Under the pieces are notes generated by a model, which made no database searches, was not told the DNA's origin, and was given only the letters and a program-made list of their open reading frames with translations. DNA of 20,000 nt, taken from the IMG/VR virus record IMGVR_UViG_3300034159_000040; one strand, 5' to 3'. Below, piece after piece: positions 1 to 7,489 of this stretch. Position 1 is the first letter of the stretch. Every line of letters begins with the position of its first letter. This DNA is from an uncultured virus (IMG/VR IMGVR_UViG_3300034159_000040) (Duplodnaviria; Heunggongvirae; Uroviricota; Caudoviricetes). A program made the position numbers and the translations under genes.

Positions 1-41
1 CGGCAAAGGACCGGGCTCTTTCCCACGGAGTATGCGGCGCC

Positions 42-284
42 ATGACCCGCCACACCATCCTATTCGAGTGGCCGGGCGACACCGTGCCAAATATCGACCG
101 CAAGCAAACATGGTGCGGAGGTAAGTTGCAAGCAATTGGTTTTGAAGATGTTTTCTGGGAACATGCCCGATTGCGCGCGGCCCTGGAGCGCATCGCCGAC
201 GGCTGGGGGATTACCGACCTGGAGGGGGCGCGCGAGGCGGCTGAGGCGGCGTTGCGCCGGCCCACGGAGGGCCAGCCGTCGTGA
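42..284 (+). CDS. Phage hypothetical protein (80 aa)
   Basis: GGAG upstream, ATGA overlap with a preceding partial ORF, GTGA overlap with the next gene. Confidence 0.7.
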   Translation: MTRHTILFEWPGDTVPNIDRKQTWCGGKLQAIGFEDVFWEHARLRAALERIADGWGITDLEGAREAAEAALRRPTEGQPS

Positions 285-616
285 GCGCCGAGACCCGCGG
301 TCCCGTCATCGAGCGCGTCGGCCTGGTCGCGGTCACGGTCCAGGTGCAGCAGGAGGCCGGGCAGTGGATCGCTAGGATATCCAGCATCGGGCGCGGAAGC
401 CTGACCAGCCAACCCTGCGCCAGCGCCGATGACGCCGTGGCATCGGTGTGCAGGCTGGCGAGCTATCCGCATCGGCTGCCGGAGTATGCCGCTCCGACGA
501 CCTACCGCGCCGAGCGTGACCGGCCATGCACCTGCCATCCAGACGACCGGCCGCCCGGTCCCTGCCCACGGCGTTATGCGGCCAGCGAGTGCCAACAAGC
601 GGCCATTGAACCATGA
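281..616 (+). CDS. Phage hypothetical protein with Cys-rich C-terminus (CTCHPDDRPPGPCPRRYAASEC)
   Basis: Coupled by GTGA/ATGA overlaps at both ends; GC3-rich codons. Confidence 0.7.
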   Translation: MSAETRGPVIERVGLVAVTVQVQQEAGQWIARISSIGRGSLTSQPCASADDAVASVCRLASYPHRLPEYAAPTTYRAERDRPCTCHPDDRPPGPCPRRYAASECQQAAIEP

Positions 617-853
617 CTTACCCTCACGCCGAGCCCGCGGCGACCGAGCCCGACCGCCCCTTTCGTAGCCCCGTCACGGACTCAGGGCCACGTCTTCGCC
701 TATCAGGTCACCGACCACCCCGGACGATGGCTGCGCGTGATCGCCCCCGAGGACACCCTGGAGATCCTGGAGGCGGACCTGCGCGAGCAGTTCGGGGACC
801 GGTTCGTGGCGGTGCGGGCCGACTCGTGGCGGGCGGTGCGCCATGACCACTGA
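613..853 (+). pseudogene. Small phage protein split by a +1 frameshift near 655-670
   Basis: The ATG 613 frame reads MTYPHAEPAATEPDRPF then degenerates into R/P/G-rich sequence. The +1 frame, with no start codon between 617 and the protein-like stretch, reads VAPSRTQGHVFAYQVTDHPGRWLRVIAPEDTLEILEADLREQFGDRFVAVRADSWRAVRHDH* (stop 851-853) with typical GC3 bias. Confidence 0.6.
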
Positions 854-1079
854 CCCCACCCCGACCCCGCGCTCGTGCCTCACCTGCCGCTGGTGCGCGC
901 CCGGCTCGCCCACCGAGCCAGCGACCTGCGCGTGGCTGCGCCACCTGCTCGACGGCCGCGAGCCACCGCCCTGGGTGGCGATCTTGCTGGTGCCCCAGCA
1001 CGTCCTGGTCGGCGACGGCGCGATGGGGGCTCGCTGCCGGGCCTGGCTGCGGGGAAGGTCGGGGGAGGGGGTGGCGTGA
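843..1079 (+). CDS. Phage hypothetical protein with CxxCxxC motif
   Basis: SCLTCRWC...C...C pattern; overlaps the upstream gene end. Confidence 0.65.
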   Translation: MTTDPTPTPRSCLTCRWCAPGSPTEPATCAWLRHLLDGREPPPWVAILLVPQHVLVGDGAMGARCRAWLRGRSGEGVA

Positions 1080-1085
1080 ACGCGC

Positions 1086-1114
1086 TTGATTTCGCCTTAT
1101 CTCAGGCATACAGT
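1086..1114 (+). promoter_or_regulatory. Sigma70-like promoter upstream of the HTH/replication operon
   Basis: TTGATT (1086-1091), 17 bp spacer, TACAGT (1109-1114); AAGGTG RBS at 1129-1134 before ATG 1142. Confidence 0.6.
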
Positions 1115-1141
1115 CGGCACACCGCAACAAGGTGTCACAAT

Positions 1142-1381
1142 ATGCCAAATCTAACCGAAACCAACCGCCCCCGTGTCTGGCACACCGAAGAACAGGAGGC
1201 CGCGCGCCTCGGCTTCAAGCACCGGACCCTGCGCCTGTGGCGCGCGAGCAAAAAAGGACCGCCGTTCATGCTCATCAACGGGTCGATCCGCTACAACCCG
1301 GATGCGGTAGATGCCTGGGTCCTGGCGCAGAACGTCCAACCAGAAGGCGATCAGGACGAGAAAAGCGCCGCAAGTCGCTGA
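1142..1381 (+). CDS. AlpA/excisionase-type (HTH_17-like) DNA-binding protein, 79 aa
   Basis: TEEQEAARLGFKHRTLRLWRASKKGPPFMLINGSIRYNPDAVDAWV fits the winged-HTH pattern. True start is ATG 1142, not 875. Confidence 0.85.
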   Translation: MPNLTETNRPRVWHTEEQEAARLGFKHRTLRLWRASKKGPPFMLINGSIRYNPDAVDAWVLAQNVQPEGDQDEKSAASR

Positions 1382-1390
1382 GAAAAAAAC

Positions 1391-2248
1391 ATGAGTAACG
1401 ACGCTACCCACTGGGCTTGGCGGCAAGTTGTGAACAGCAGCAGCGCAAAGCTCGTGTTGCTTTCGATCGCGGATCGCGCCGACGAAATGCACACGGCTTA
1501 CCCAAGTATCGAGCGGTTAGCAATGGATACTGAACTTGACCGGAAGACAGTGATGTTGGCCATTGAACACCTAGAGAAAGTTGGCGTGATCTCCGCAGAT
1601 CGGGGAAACGGAAGACGGACTCACTACCAACTGGTCGGGGTGATCGGCCGAGAGGATGGACAAACAAGACCAGTACCAAAAACGGGACTGGTCGAAAAAC
1701 GCAAAATCGGTACCAAAAACGGGACCGGTACCAAAAACGGGACCGGTACCAAAAACGGGACCCAGACCAGTCCCGAAAACGGGACTGGAGCAGTACCAAA
1801 AACGGGACACGAACCAATCAATAACCAATCAGTGAACCGGAAAGAGGGGGAGAAGGGGCGCCCGACCGACTCGACTCCTGCTGAGACACCGCAGGCGGCT
1901 GCGCCGCAACCCCCTCCCCGCCGCGCCCGATTTGTTCCTCCCACGGTTGAGGAGGTCCGCGCCTACTGCCGTGAGCGCGGGAATGCCATCGATCCTGAGC
2001 GTTTCATGAACTACAACAACTCATCTGGCTGGGTAATCGGAAAGTCCCTGAAGCCGATGAGCGACTGGAGAGCAGCAATCAGGACTTGGGAAACAAACCA
2101 AGGCCAACACACCAACACCCCCGGAGGCAACCATGGCCAGCGACCCGACCGACCCACCTTCAGCGAACTCAACCGACTCGACTACGAGCAACATTGCGGA
2201 CATCAAGATCCACCGGAGAGAGTCGTGTCTGGCATGGTTGTTCCGTGA
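1391..2248 (+). CDS. Phage replication initiator (lambda O analogue): N-terminal HTH_36-like domain, iteron-encoded linker, C-terminal replisome-organiser-type domain
   Basis: AKLVLLSIADRADE..AYPSIERLAMDTELDRKTVMLAIEHLEKVGVI; internal (GTKNGT)n repeats; RFVPPTVEEVRAYCRERGNAIDPERF...GW...MSDWRAAIRTWE. Confidence 0.88.
   Translation: MSNDATHWAWRQVVNSSSAKLVLLSIADRADEMHTAYPSIERLAMDTELDRKTVMLAIEHLEKVGVISADRGNGRRTHYQLVGVIGREDGQTRPVPKTGLVEKRKIGTKNGTGTKNGTGTKNGTQTSPENGTGAVPKTGHEPINNQSVNRKEGEKGRPTDSTPAETPQAAAPQPPPRRARFVPPTVEEVRAYCRERGNAIDPERFMNYNNSSGWVIGKSLKPMSDWRAAIRTWETNQGQHTNTPGGNHGQRPDRPTFSELNRLDYEQHCGHQDPPERVVSGMVVP
1673..1808. repeat. Iteron array, probable phage replication origin
   Basis: GTACCAAAAACGGGAC at 1673, 1710, 1728, 1746 and 1793, plus variant GTCCCGAAAACGGGAC at 1770. 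Followed by A-rich ACCAATCAATAACCAATCA. Confidence 0.88.
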
Positions 2249-2747
2249 GCTTGGCAACGAGTTCAAGGGGCGCTGGTCGGCCGACATGAAGTCGGCCGCG
2301 GATGTGCGCGACGCGAAAGTCTCGTGGTGGACGCACATCCACGACCTGAGCAAAGAGGAAATCCAGCACGCCCTGAGCGTCATGCCGACCGGCAAGGATG
2401 CCTGGCCTCCGGGTCCGCGCGAGTTCCGCAAGCTGGCCCGCTCCAATCGCCCGGCCCAGCCGGCGACCTACCTGCCGTCCCCACCGCGCACCCGCGACCA
2501 GCACCAGGCCGCGCTCGGGCACCTGCAAGCGATCCGCACGCTGCTGCCGCAGGTCCCGGTAGCCGCCGCCGTACTGCCCCAGGCGGACGGAGCGGTCCCT
2601 GACGATCCGGAGGCCGCCGCGCCGCTGGTCGATCCGCTCGCCCAGCGTCGCGCCTTCCTGGATCGCCATGCCGAGGACCTGCACGCGCTCGGGTTGGCGC
2701 GGTTCGCCCGTGAGCGGCCGGTCACGCAACCGCTCGATGCGCCGTGA
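2133..2747 (+). CDS. Replication protein P-like helicase loader
   Basis: Directly follows and overlaps the initiator; GGAGG RBS before ATG 2133; LFREL...RW...AKVSWW...LSKEEIQHAL...WPPGPREFRKL resembles the lambda P-like signature. Confidence 0.68.
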   Translation: MASDPTDPPSANSTDSTTSNIADIKIHRRESCLAWLFRELGNEFKGRWSADMKSAADVRDAKVSWWTHIHDLSKEEIQHALSVMPTGKDAWPPGPREFRKLARSNRPAQPATYLPSPPRTRDQHQAALGHLQAIRTLLPQVPVAAAVLPQADGAVPDDPEAAAPLVDPLAQRRAFLDRHAEDLHALGLARFARERPVTQPLDAP

Positions 2748-2757
2748 TGTATGACCG

Positions 2758-4143
2758 ATGGCCAGCTATCGCGCCTATCTCGACAGCCCGGCGTGGCGGT
2801 CGCTACGCCGGGCCGCCAGGCAGCGGGCGGGGAATCGGTGCGAATTGTGCGGGGCCGGCGCGGATGCGGTGCATCACGTCACCTACCCTAAGCGATGGGC
2901 AGATGACCACCTGGACAACTTGATTGTCGTTTGTAATTACCACCACGATCTTTTGCATGGGGTACGAGGTGAAACTATGAGCGGTGAGGTTCTTATCATT
3001 GAGGGGATCGAAAGCAAAGACGGATGGCTGGACTTCGATCAACTGCATGCGCTGCTGCATACCTACAAAATAACGTCGAAACATGACGGTCAAGACTTTA
3101 TTTCAAGGAGCAATGCTAAGTCGTGCGACTGGTACTATGACCAAATTAAACCGAAGTACAAGAAGCTCGGCAGCGTCAAATTGCTATCAGGAGCAACCAT
3201 CAATCGCCGGTGGGTGAACGAGCATGGAGCCTATCAATTCGCTTTGATGTGCAACACACCAAACGCTGAGCCGTTCCAGGAATTGGTTTTGGAAAAGATC
3301 ATTCCTCAAGTGAGAAGAACAGGATCATTCGTCCCTGAGTTAACTGGAAACAACCTTGCCGATTTTGCGCTGAACCTAAGCGAGCAAGCGAAGATCGTGG
3401 CGCGCTCTATTTTAGAATCAGCGGAAGCAAAGCGGGTTGCCGATAAGGCCGCGCAGGACGCGCACGAAGCCAGCATCGGCGTGGCGGACTGTCGCACTCG
3501 GCTTGATGATGCGGTCCAGCGCCTTGACGAAATTACCGGGGACAAGGTTTTAATGACCGCGATGCTCTTTTTGAAGAAATCTGGAGTCAATCCACAAGCA
3601 ATCTATCCCCGGACGCGCGACACGAACGCCAAAGTGCTTGGTGGGTGGTGCACGAGGGAGAGCCGGCGCCGCGGACTGCCGTTGCCGGAGAAGATCGCCA
3701 TGGGCGGTTTCGACGTCAATCAATATGAGCCCGCCTTACTGAGCGAGGGAGTCAAGGCGCTTGGAATGATACAAGACCAAAATCGCGCCACCGATCCGGC
3801 GTGCTCGCAATTTCGTTGGAAGCTGCCCACCAACACCGCCGAGTGGCATCGCCTGGTCGACGGATTAAAGATCACTGGCATAGCCGCGCAACTAGCCCGT
3901 CATTGCAATCTCGTCGCGTTGAGTGACGGGCACTTGACGTTGCAACTTGATCCAGCCGCCGAAGATCTACGCACGCCGACGATTGAGGAACGGCTGCGGT
4001 CATCCGTAGCCGCCGCACTTAATGAACCGGCGTTGCGGTTGGAGGTTCGCGTGGTGCGACTCGATAACGACGTGGTGGTGAAGCGATTGCGCGAACAATT
4101 CGGGGCGGCGGTTGTTCCTGGTAGCGTCCAAATATGTCCATGA
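2758..4143 (+). CDS. Multidomain protein: HNH endonuclease + Bro-N (antirepressor-type) + coiled coil + DNA polymerase III tau C-terminal (domain V)-like domain
   Basis: CELC...VHH..Y...DNLIVVCNYHHDLLH (HNH); WVNEHGAYQFALMCNTPNAEPFQELVLEKIIPQVRRTGSF (Bro-N); EWHRLVDGLKITGIAAQLARHC...LTLQLDP...LREQFGAAVVPGSVQ (DnaX C-terminus-like). Confidence 0.8.
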   Translation: MASYRAYLDSPAWRSLRRAARQRAGNRCELCGAGADAVHHVTYPKRWADDHLDNLIVVCNYHHDLLHGVRGETMSGEVLIIEGIESKDGWLDFDQLHALLHTYKITSKHDGQDFISRSNAKSCDWYYDQIKPKYKKLGSVKLLSGATINRRWVNEHGAYQFALMCNTPNAEPFQELVLEKIIPQVRRTGSFVPELTGNNLADFALNLSEQAKIVARSILESAEAKRVADKAAQDAHEASIGVADCRTRLDDAVQRLDEITGDKVLMTAMLFLKKSGVNPQAIYPRTRDTNAKVLGGWCTRESRRRGLPLPEKIAMGGFDVNQYEPALLSEGVKALGMIQDQNRATDPACSQFRWKLPTNTAEWHRLVDGLKITGIAAQLARHCNLVALSDGHLTLQLDPAAEDLRTPTIEERLRSSVAAALNEPALRLEVRVVRLDNDVVVKRLREQFGAAVVPGSVQICP

Positions 4144-4445
4144 CCAACCCCTCCCCCGGGCCCCAGCCCTGGACCGGCCTACCCGACCCGGCCGACCTGT
4201 CGGCTGACCTGGACGCCGAGGCGCACCCGCGCACCGCCGCCGACTGGACCCCGGAGGCGATCCGCGCCTGGTGCCTCCCCCGCGGTCGCGACCCGGCCTG
4301 GTTTCTCGATCCGGCGCCGCGGTCCAATCCCGACCCCGACCCGGTGCAGCGGATGGCCGCCAGAGCGCACCAGCGCCCCGTAGAGCCATCCGCGGCCCCT
4401 GACCCTGCCCACCCTACCGACCAACCCCCGGAGAGCCCCCAATGA
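4134..4445 (+). CDS. Pro-rich phage hypothetical protein (start may be ATG 4140)
   Basis: ATGA overlaps with both neighbours; GC3 bias. Confidence 0.6.
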   Translation: MSMTNPSPGPQPWTGLPDPADLSADLDAEAHPRTAADWTPEAIRAWCLPRGRDPAWFLDPAPRSNPDPDPVQRMAARAHQRPVEPSAAPDPAHPTDQPPESPQ

Positions 4446-4705
4446 GCGATATCAGCGACCGCATCCGCCGCATCGACCGCCTGCTGGCCGATGCCGCGAC
4501 CCAGCAGCCGAAAACCACGGCTGGCAGGCTAGAAATCATGGAGGGCATCATCGCGGCCTTGCCCGTGTCCATGCAGGTCGAAACCGCCTGGTGCGCCGCG
4601 GCCCTGGAGCGGCTGCTCGAAGGCTACCCGCCGGCGACAGCCGCGATGGCGCTGACGTTCGTGGAGGCCCGTTTGGCCGCGCGGGTACTGGGGGGCAAGC
4701 CGTGA
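4442..4705 (+). CDS. Phage hypothetical protein (87 aa)
   Basis: GGAG RBS, ATGA/GTGA coupling, helical composition. Confidence 0.7.
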   Translation: MSDISDRIRRIDRLLADAATQQPKTTAGRLEIMEGIIAALPVSMQVETAWCAAALERLLEGYPPATAAMALTFVEARLAARVLGGKP

Positions 4706-5160
4706 CCGGCCCGCGCTACAACACGGGTCGCAACCCGCCCAAGCGACGCATGGACCCGGACGCCCTGGCGGCATCGATGCTGATCCAGGCCCCGAGCGCC
4801 GAGGCGCTGGCCGCCCGTAAGGCGATGGCGGCCCACCAGGCGGCGGCGCAGATCCCGGCCGAGCATGTTTTCCCGCGCGAGCTGGAGGCCCGGCTGCGCG
4901 AGATGGACCCGCCACCGCGCCCCCCGCCCCGGGCACCGCCGGTCGAAGTCCAACCCCACCCGCCCGAGGTGGGCGACCCGGCGCTGCTGCTGGCCGTCCT
5001 GCGCGAGCACTACAGCGACGCCTGCCGGCTGCTGGCGGCCGAGGCGCCCTACGACGCATCGCAGGGACGGGCGCCGAGCCAGTGGGTGCGGGGTTTCGAG
5101 TGCTGCGCGCAACTGGCGCTGCTGCGGGCCGGGTTTTCGCTGTTTGAGCCGGAGTCGTGA
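4702..5160 (+). CDS. Phage hypothetical protein
   Basis: GTG 4702 overlaps the previous stop and is in frame with track ORF 4591..5160; GC3 bias. Confidence 0.65.
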   Translation: MTGPRYNTGRNPPKRRMDPDALAASMLIQAPSAEALAARKAMAAHQAAAQIPAEHVFPRELEARLREMDPPPRPPPRAPPVEVQPHPPEVGDPALLLAVLREHYSDACRLLAAEAPYDASQGRAPSQWVRGFECCAQLALLRAGFSLFEPES

Positions 5161-5339
5161 GTGCCGACTACACCGCCCGCGACGGCAACCGGCAAACGGC
5201 ACCCTGGGAGCGGGCCTAGAATGCCCGCAGAATTTCTAAAACGTCGAGCAAAATGGCATCTACGCGAAAAGCGGCCCACTGGCGGTGCGAGTGTGGCGGG
5301 TAGCCGGCCAGCTATCCAAAAACGAGGAGATTCCCAGCG

Positions 5340-5804
5340 ATGACCAAATCCGAGCTGTTCGCCGCCTTCGACAGCCAGATCTCCAGGACGGCGATCCGGC
5401 AGGATTTTGACGGTTGCGCCGACAACGAGTGGGCGGTCGTCGGCAAGTTCTGCCGCATCGTGCCCATCGCGAGCGGTTGGGACGTGTGGCTGTGCAACTC
5501 CCGCGACCCAACGGCGGGCCTGACGCCGCGCAAGGTGACGGCGATCCTGGTCGGTCTCGCTGACCTGCTGGCCCCGGACCACGCGCCGCACGCGCCGGGT
5601 GCGGCTGCGACCTGGGGTGCGTGGCATGTGCTCGACGGGGAGGCGTGGACGCGGCGGTTGACGCGCGACGAGATACTGGCGTGCCTGTCGATCCTGGGCA
5701 TCCGGCGGCGCAAAGTGGTCAGCGACGCCTGGCGGGCGGCGGCTCGCGAGCGACTGGTCGCCCTGCGCCCTGTGGGCGGTGCGGCCGTATCAGCGGATGA
5801 CTGA
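5340..5804 (+). CDS. Phage hypothetical protein (154 aa)
   Basis: GAGGAG RBS upstream; protein-like composition with basic C-terminal helix. Confidence 0.72.
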   Translation: MTKSELFAAFDSQISRTAIRQDFDGCADNEWAVVGKFCRIVPIASGWDVWLCNSRDPTAGLTPRKVTAILVGLADLLAPDHAPHAPGAAATWGAWHVLDGEAWTRRLTRDEILACLSILGIRRRKVVSDAWRAAARERLVALRPVGGAAVSADD

Positions 5805-5809
5805 GAATA

Positions 5810-6013
5810 ATGACTAATCGATCCCAAACAAAAGAACTTTATCTTTTCGCCGAAGATGATACTTGGATGAAATTCGAGTTAAGGGCTGATTACGAGTTTT
5901 TTATAACCTACATTCCCGATACGTTGGTTGAAACAGAAGAAACTGAGCTTCCTTTCCTTTCCAGGGAAGACGCCAAGAAACTGCGCGATTTTCTTATCTA
6001 TGCTCTTGCGTGA
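5810..6013 (+). CDS. Small acidic hypothetical protein, low GC
   Basis: Fills the gap between neighbours, GTGA overlap with the next gene; AT-rich codons. Confidence 0.65.
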   Translation: MTNRSQTKELYLFAEDDTWMKFELRADYEFFITYIPDTLVETEETELPFLSREDAKKLRDFLIYALA

Positions 6014-6399
6014 TTGAAATGAAAAATATCAACAATATGACAGCCGACGAAATCCGTCAGCTGCTAGATCGATTGAAGCGCGACAAGGACGAGATCACCA
6101 AGCAGTTGGAGGACGCCCGCAGTGCGGCGGCGGTGGACGGGGTATTTTCCGACCGTGAATGGTTTACGTCCGCTAAACACGCCGAGCGGATCAAGGGCCG
6201 CCAGATCGGCGAGGTGCAGATCGCGCTTGGGGTTGCCCTAAAGGAGCAGCGCGCCACCGCTTCTGAGGCCCAGAGTGTGCGTTTCGAGCGCGAGTTTATG
6301 CGCCAAGCGCGTGCCATTCTGCCGCGAGTCCTGTACGAGGAAGTGCTGAACGAAACCGTGGCGGCGACGACCAATGACAGCGATCCCGACCCAACTTGA
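6010..6399 (+). CDS. Coiled-coil phage hypothetical protein (start may be ATG 6019)
   Basis: Heptad-like helices; coupled to neighbours. Confidence 0.72.
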   Translation: MIEMKNINNMTADEIRQLLDRLKRDKDEITKQLEDARSAAAVDGVFSDREWFTSAKHAERIKGRQIGEVQIALGVALKEQRATASEAQSVRFEREFMRQARAILPRVLYEEVLNETVAATTNDSDPDPT

Positions 6400-6838
6400 C
6401 CTCTTCGACGGCCGCCGCAAGGCCCGCAACCCGATCGTCTGGCCGACCGAGCACGAGGACCAATGCGCGCTCATCGCCTGGGCCGCTTGGGAGGAGCGCC
6501 GACGCCCCGAACTGCGCCTGTTGCACGCCATACCCAACGGCGGCGAGCGGTATGCCGCGGTCGCGGTGGGGCTCCAGGCCGAGGGCGTGAAGCCGGGTGT
6601 CCCGGATCTGGACCTACCGGTGCCCCGTGGCAACTTCTGCGGTCTGCGCATTGAAATGAAACGGCAAGGGCGCAAGCCGAAGCCGACGAGCGAGCAGTCG
6701 CAGTGGCTTGCAGACCTGGCCGCCGTGGGCCACTCCTGCCACGTTTGCCAGGGCTGGGAAGCGGCCCGCGCCGTGATTCTGGCGTACCTCGCGCTCGATG
6801 CCGGCCGCGGTTCTCTGCCGCCCGCAGATACCCGCTAG
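6374..6838 (+). CDS. VRR-NUC domain nuclease (PD-(D/E)xK, resolvase-like)
   Basis: TEHEDQ...LLHAIPNGG.R...AEGVKPGVPDL.L...LRIEMKR...PTSEQSQWLADL..VG...VCQGWEAA. Confidence 0.92.
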   Translation: MTAIPTQLDLFDGRRKARNPIVWPTEHEDQCALIAWAAWEERRRPELRLLHAIPNGGERYAAVAVGLQAEGVKPGVPDLDLPVPRGNFCGLRIEMKRQGRKPKPTSEQSQWLADLAAVGHSCHVCQGWEAARAVILAYLALDAGRGSLPPADTR

Positions 6839-6870
6839 ACTGTACACATCAACCCGCAACCGAGTATTCC

Positions 6871-7182
6871 ATGAGCTATTTCGACGCCCCCTTGCCTGAC
6901 CCGACAGTCCCGACCGGCCCCGTGGTGGTCGTGATCTCGCCCCGTACCGCGGTCACCCGCTGGCTGCTCGCCCGTGCCCGCGAGGCATCGACCTGGCGCA
7001 GCCTGGGGCGGCTCGCGACGCTGGTCTTGATCCTTATCTGGCCAACAAAAATCAAGGAAATCGGAATGTTGGGTGTCGCCGCGTCAGAGGTGCTCGGTGT
7101 CCTGCTGCCCGACCGGGTGCTCGGCGGGGCCGCGACCCGCATCACCGATCCGGGGCAACCGGGCAATGCCGATGCGGGATGA
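6871..7182 (+). CDS. Putative holin (two hydrophobic segments)
   Basis: WLLARAREASTWRSL + LATLVLILIW + IGMLGVAASEVLGVLLPD; upstream of the endolysin; start ATG 6871. Confidence 0.65.
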   Translation: MSYFDAPLPDPTVPTGPVVVVISPRTAVTRWLLARAREASTWRSLGRLATLVLILIWPTKIKEIGMLGVAASEVLGVLLPDRVLGGAATRITDPGQPGNADAG

Positions 7183-7489
7183 TCGTATCAGCATCGACCG
7201 CTATCGCAGCACGGACGAGGACCCCTCGCTGTCATTCGAGCGGCGACTGGTGGCGATTGAGGGCAAGCTGGTGCTGATGCAGGACCAGCTTGCGGACGTG
7301 CATGGCGACGTGCATAACGTGAAAATGGTGGCTGATGCCATGTCGATGATGCTGATCGAGGAAACCAACCGCCGCAATGCGCAGCGTGAGAGCAATTCGG
7401 CCCGCTGGATCAAATTGATTACCATCGGCACTGGAATTGCTATTACCGTAGCCGCGATATTGACGGTGCTGAGGGGGGCAACTCCATGA
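7166..7489 (+). CDS. Coiled-coil protein with C-terminal transmembrane helix (XhlA-like/holin-associated); start 7166 or 7172
   Basis: FERRLVAIEGKLVLMQDQLADV coiled coil, then WIKLITIGTGIAITVAAILTVL; ATGA overlap with the endolysin. Confidence 0.65.
   Translation: MPMRDDRISIDRYRSTDEDPSLSFERRLVAIEGKLVLMQDQLADVHGDVHNVKMVADAMSMMLIEETNRRNAQRESNSARWIKLITIGTGIAITVAAILTVLRGATP

Noticed and set aside
281..450. HicB-like fold in the N-terminus of 281..616
   Set aside because: Only a loose pattern resemblance and no HicA partner nearby.
778..800. LREQFG encoded both here and near 4087-4105
   Set aside because: Six-residue match with different codons and unrelated flanks; likely chance.
875..1141. 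Long 5' extensions in the ORF track (875, 4591, 6703, 7073, 9330, 13800, 15089, 16650, 17312)
   Set aside because: They overlap upstream genes or leaders; downstream starts have an RBS or stop-start coupling.
1673..1808. Repeat array as a CRISPR array
   Set aside because: Units are 16-18 bp, mostly abutting with no unique spacers, lie in frame inside the initiator gene, and no cas genes are present; iterons explain it.
5157..5343. ORF 5161..5343 and a 20-codon ORF from GTG 5157
   Set aside because: No motif or convincing codon bias; cannot tell a gene from intergenic sequence or a remnant.
7166..7489. Unimolecular spanin
   Set aside because: Has a C-terminal TM helix but no N-terminal lipoprotein signal or lipobox Cys.
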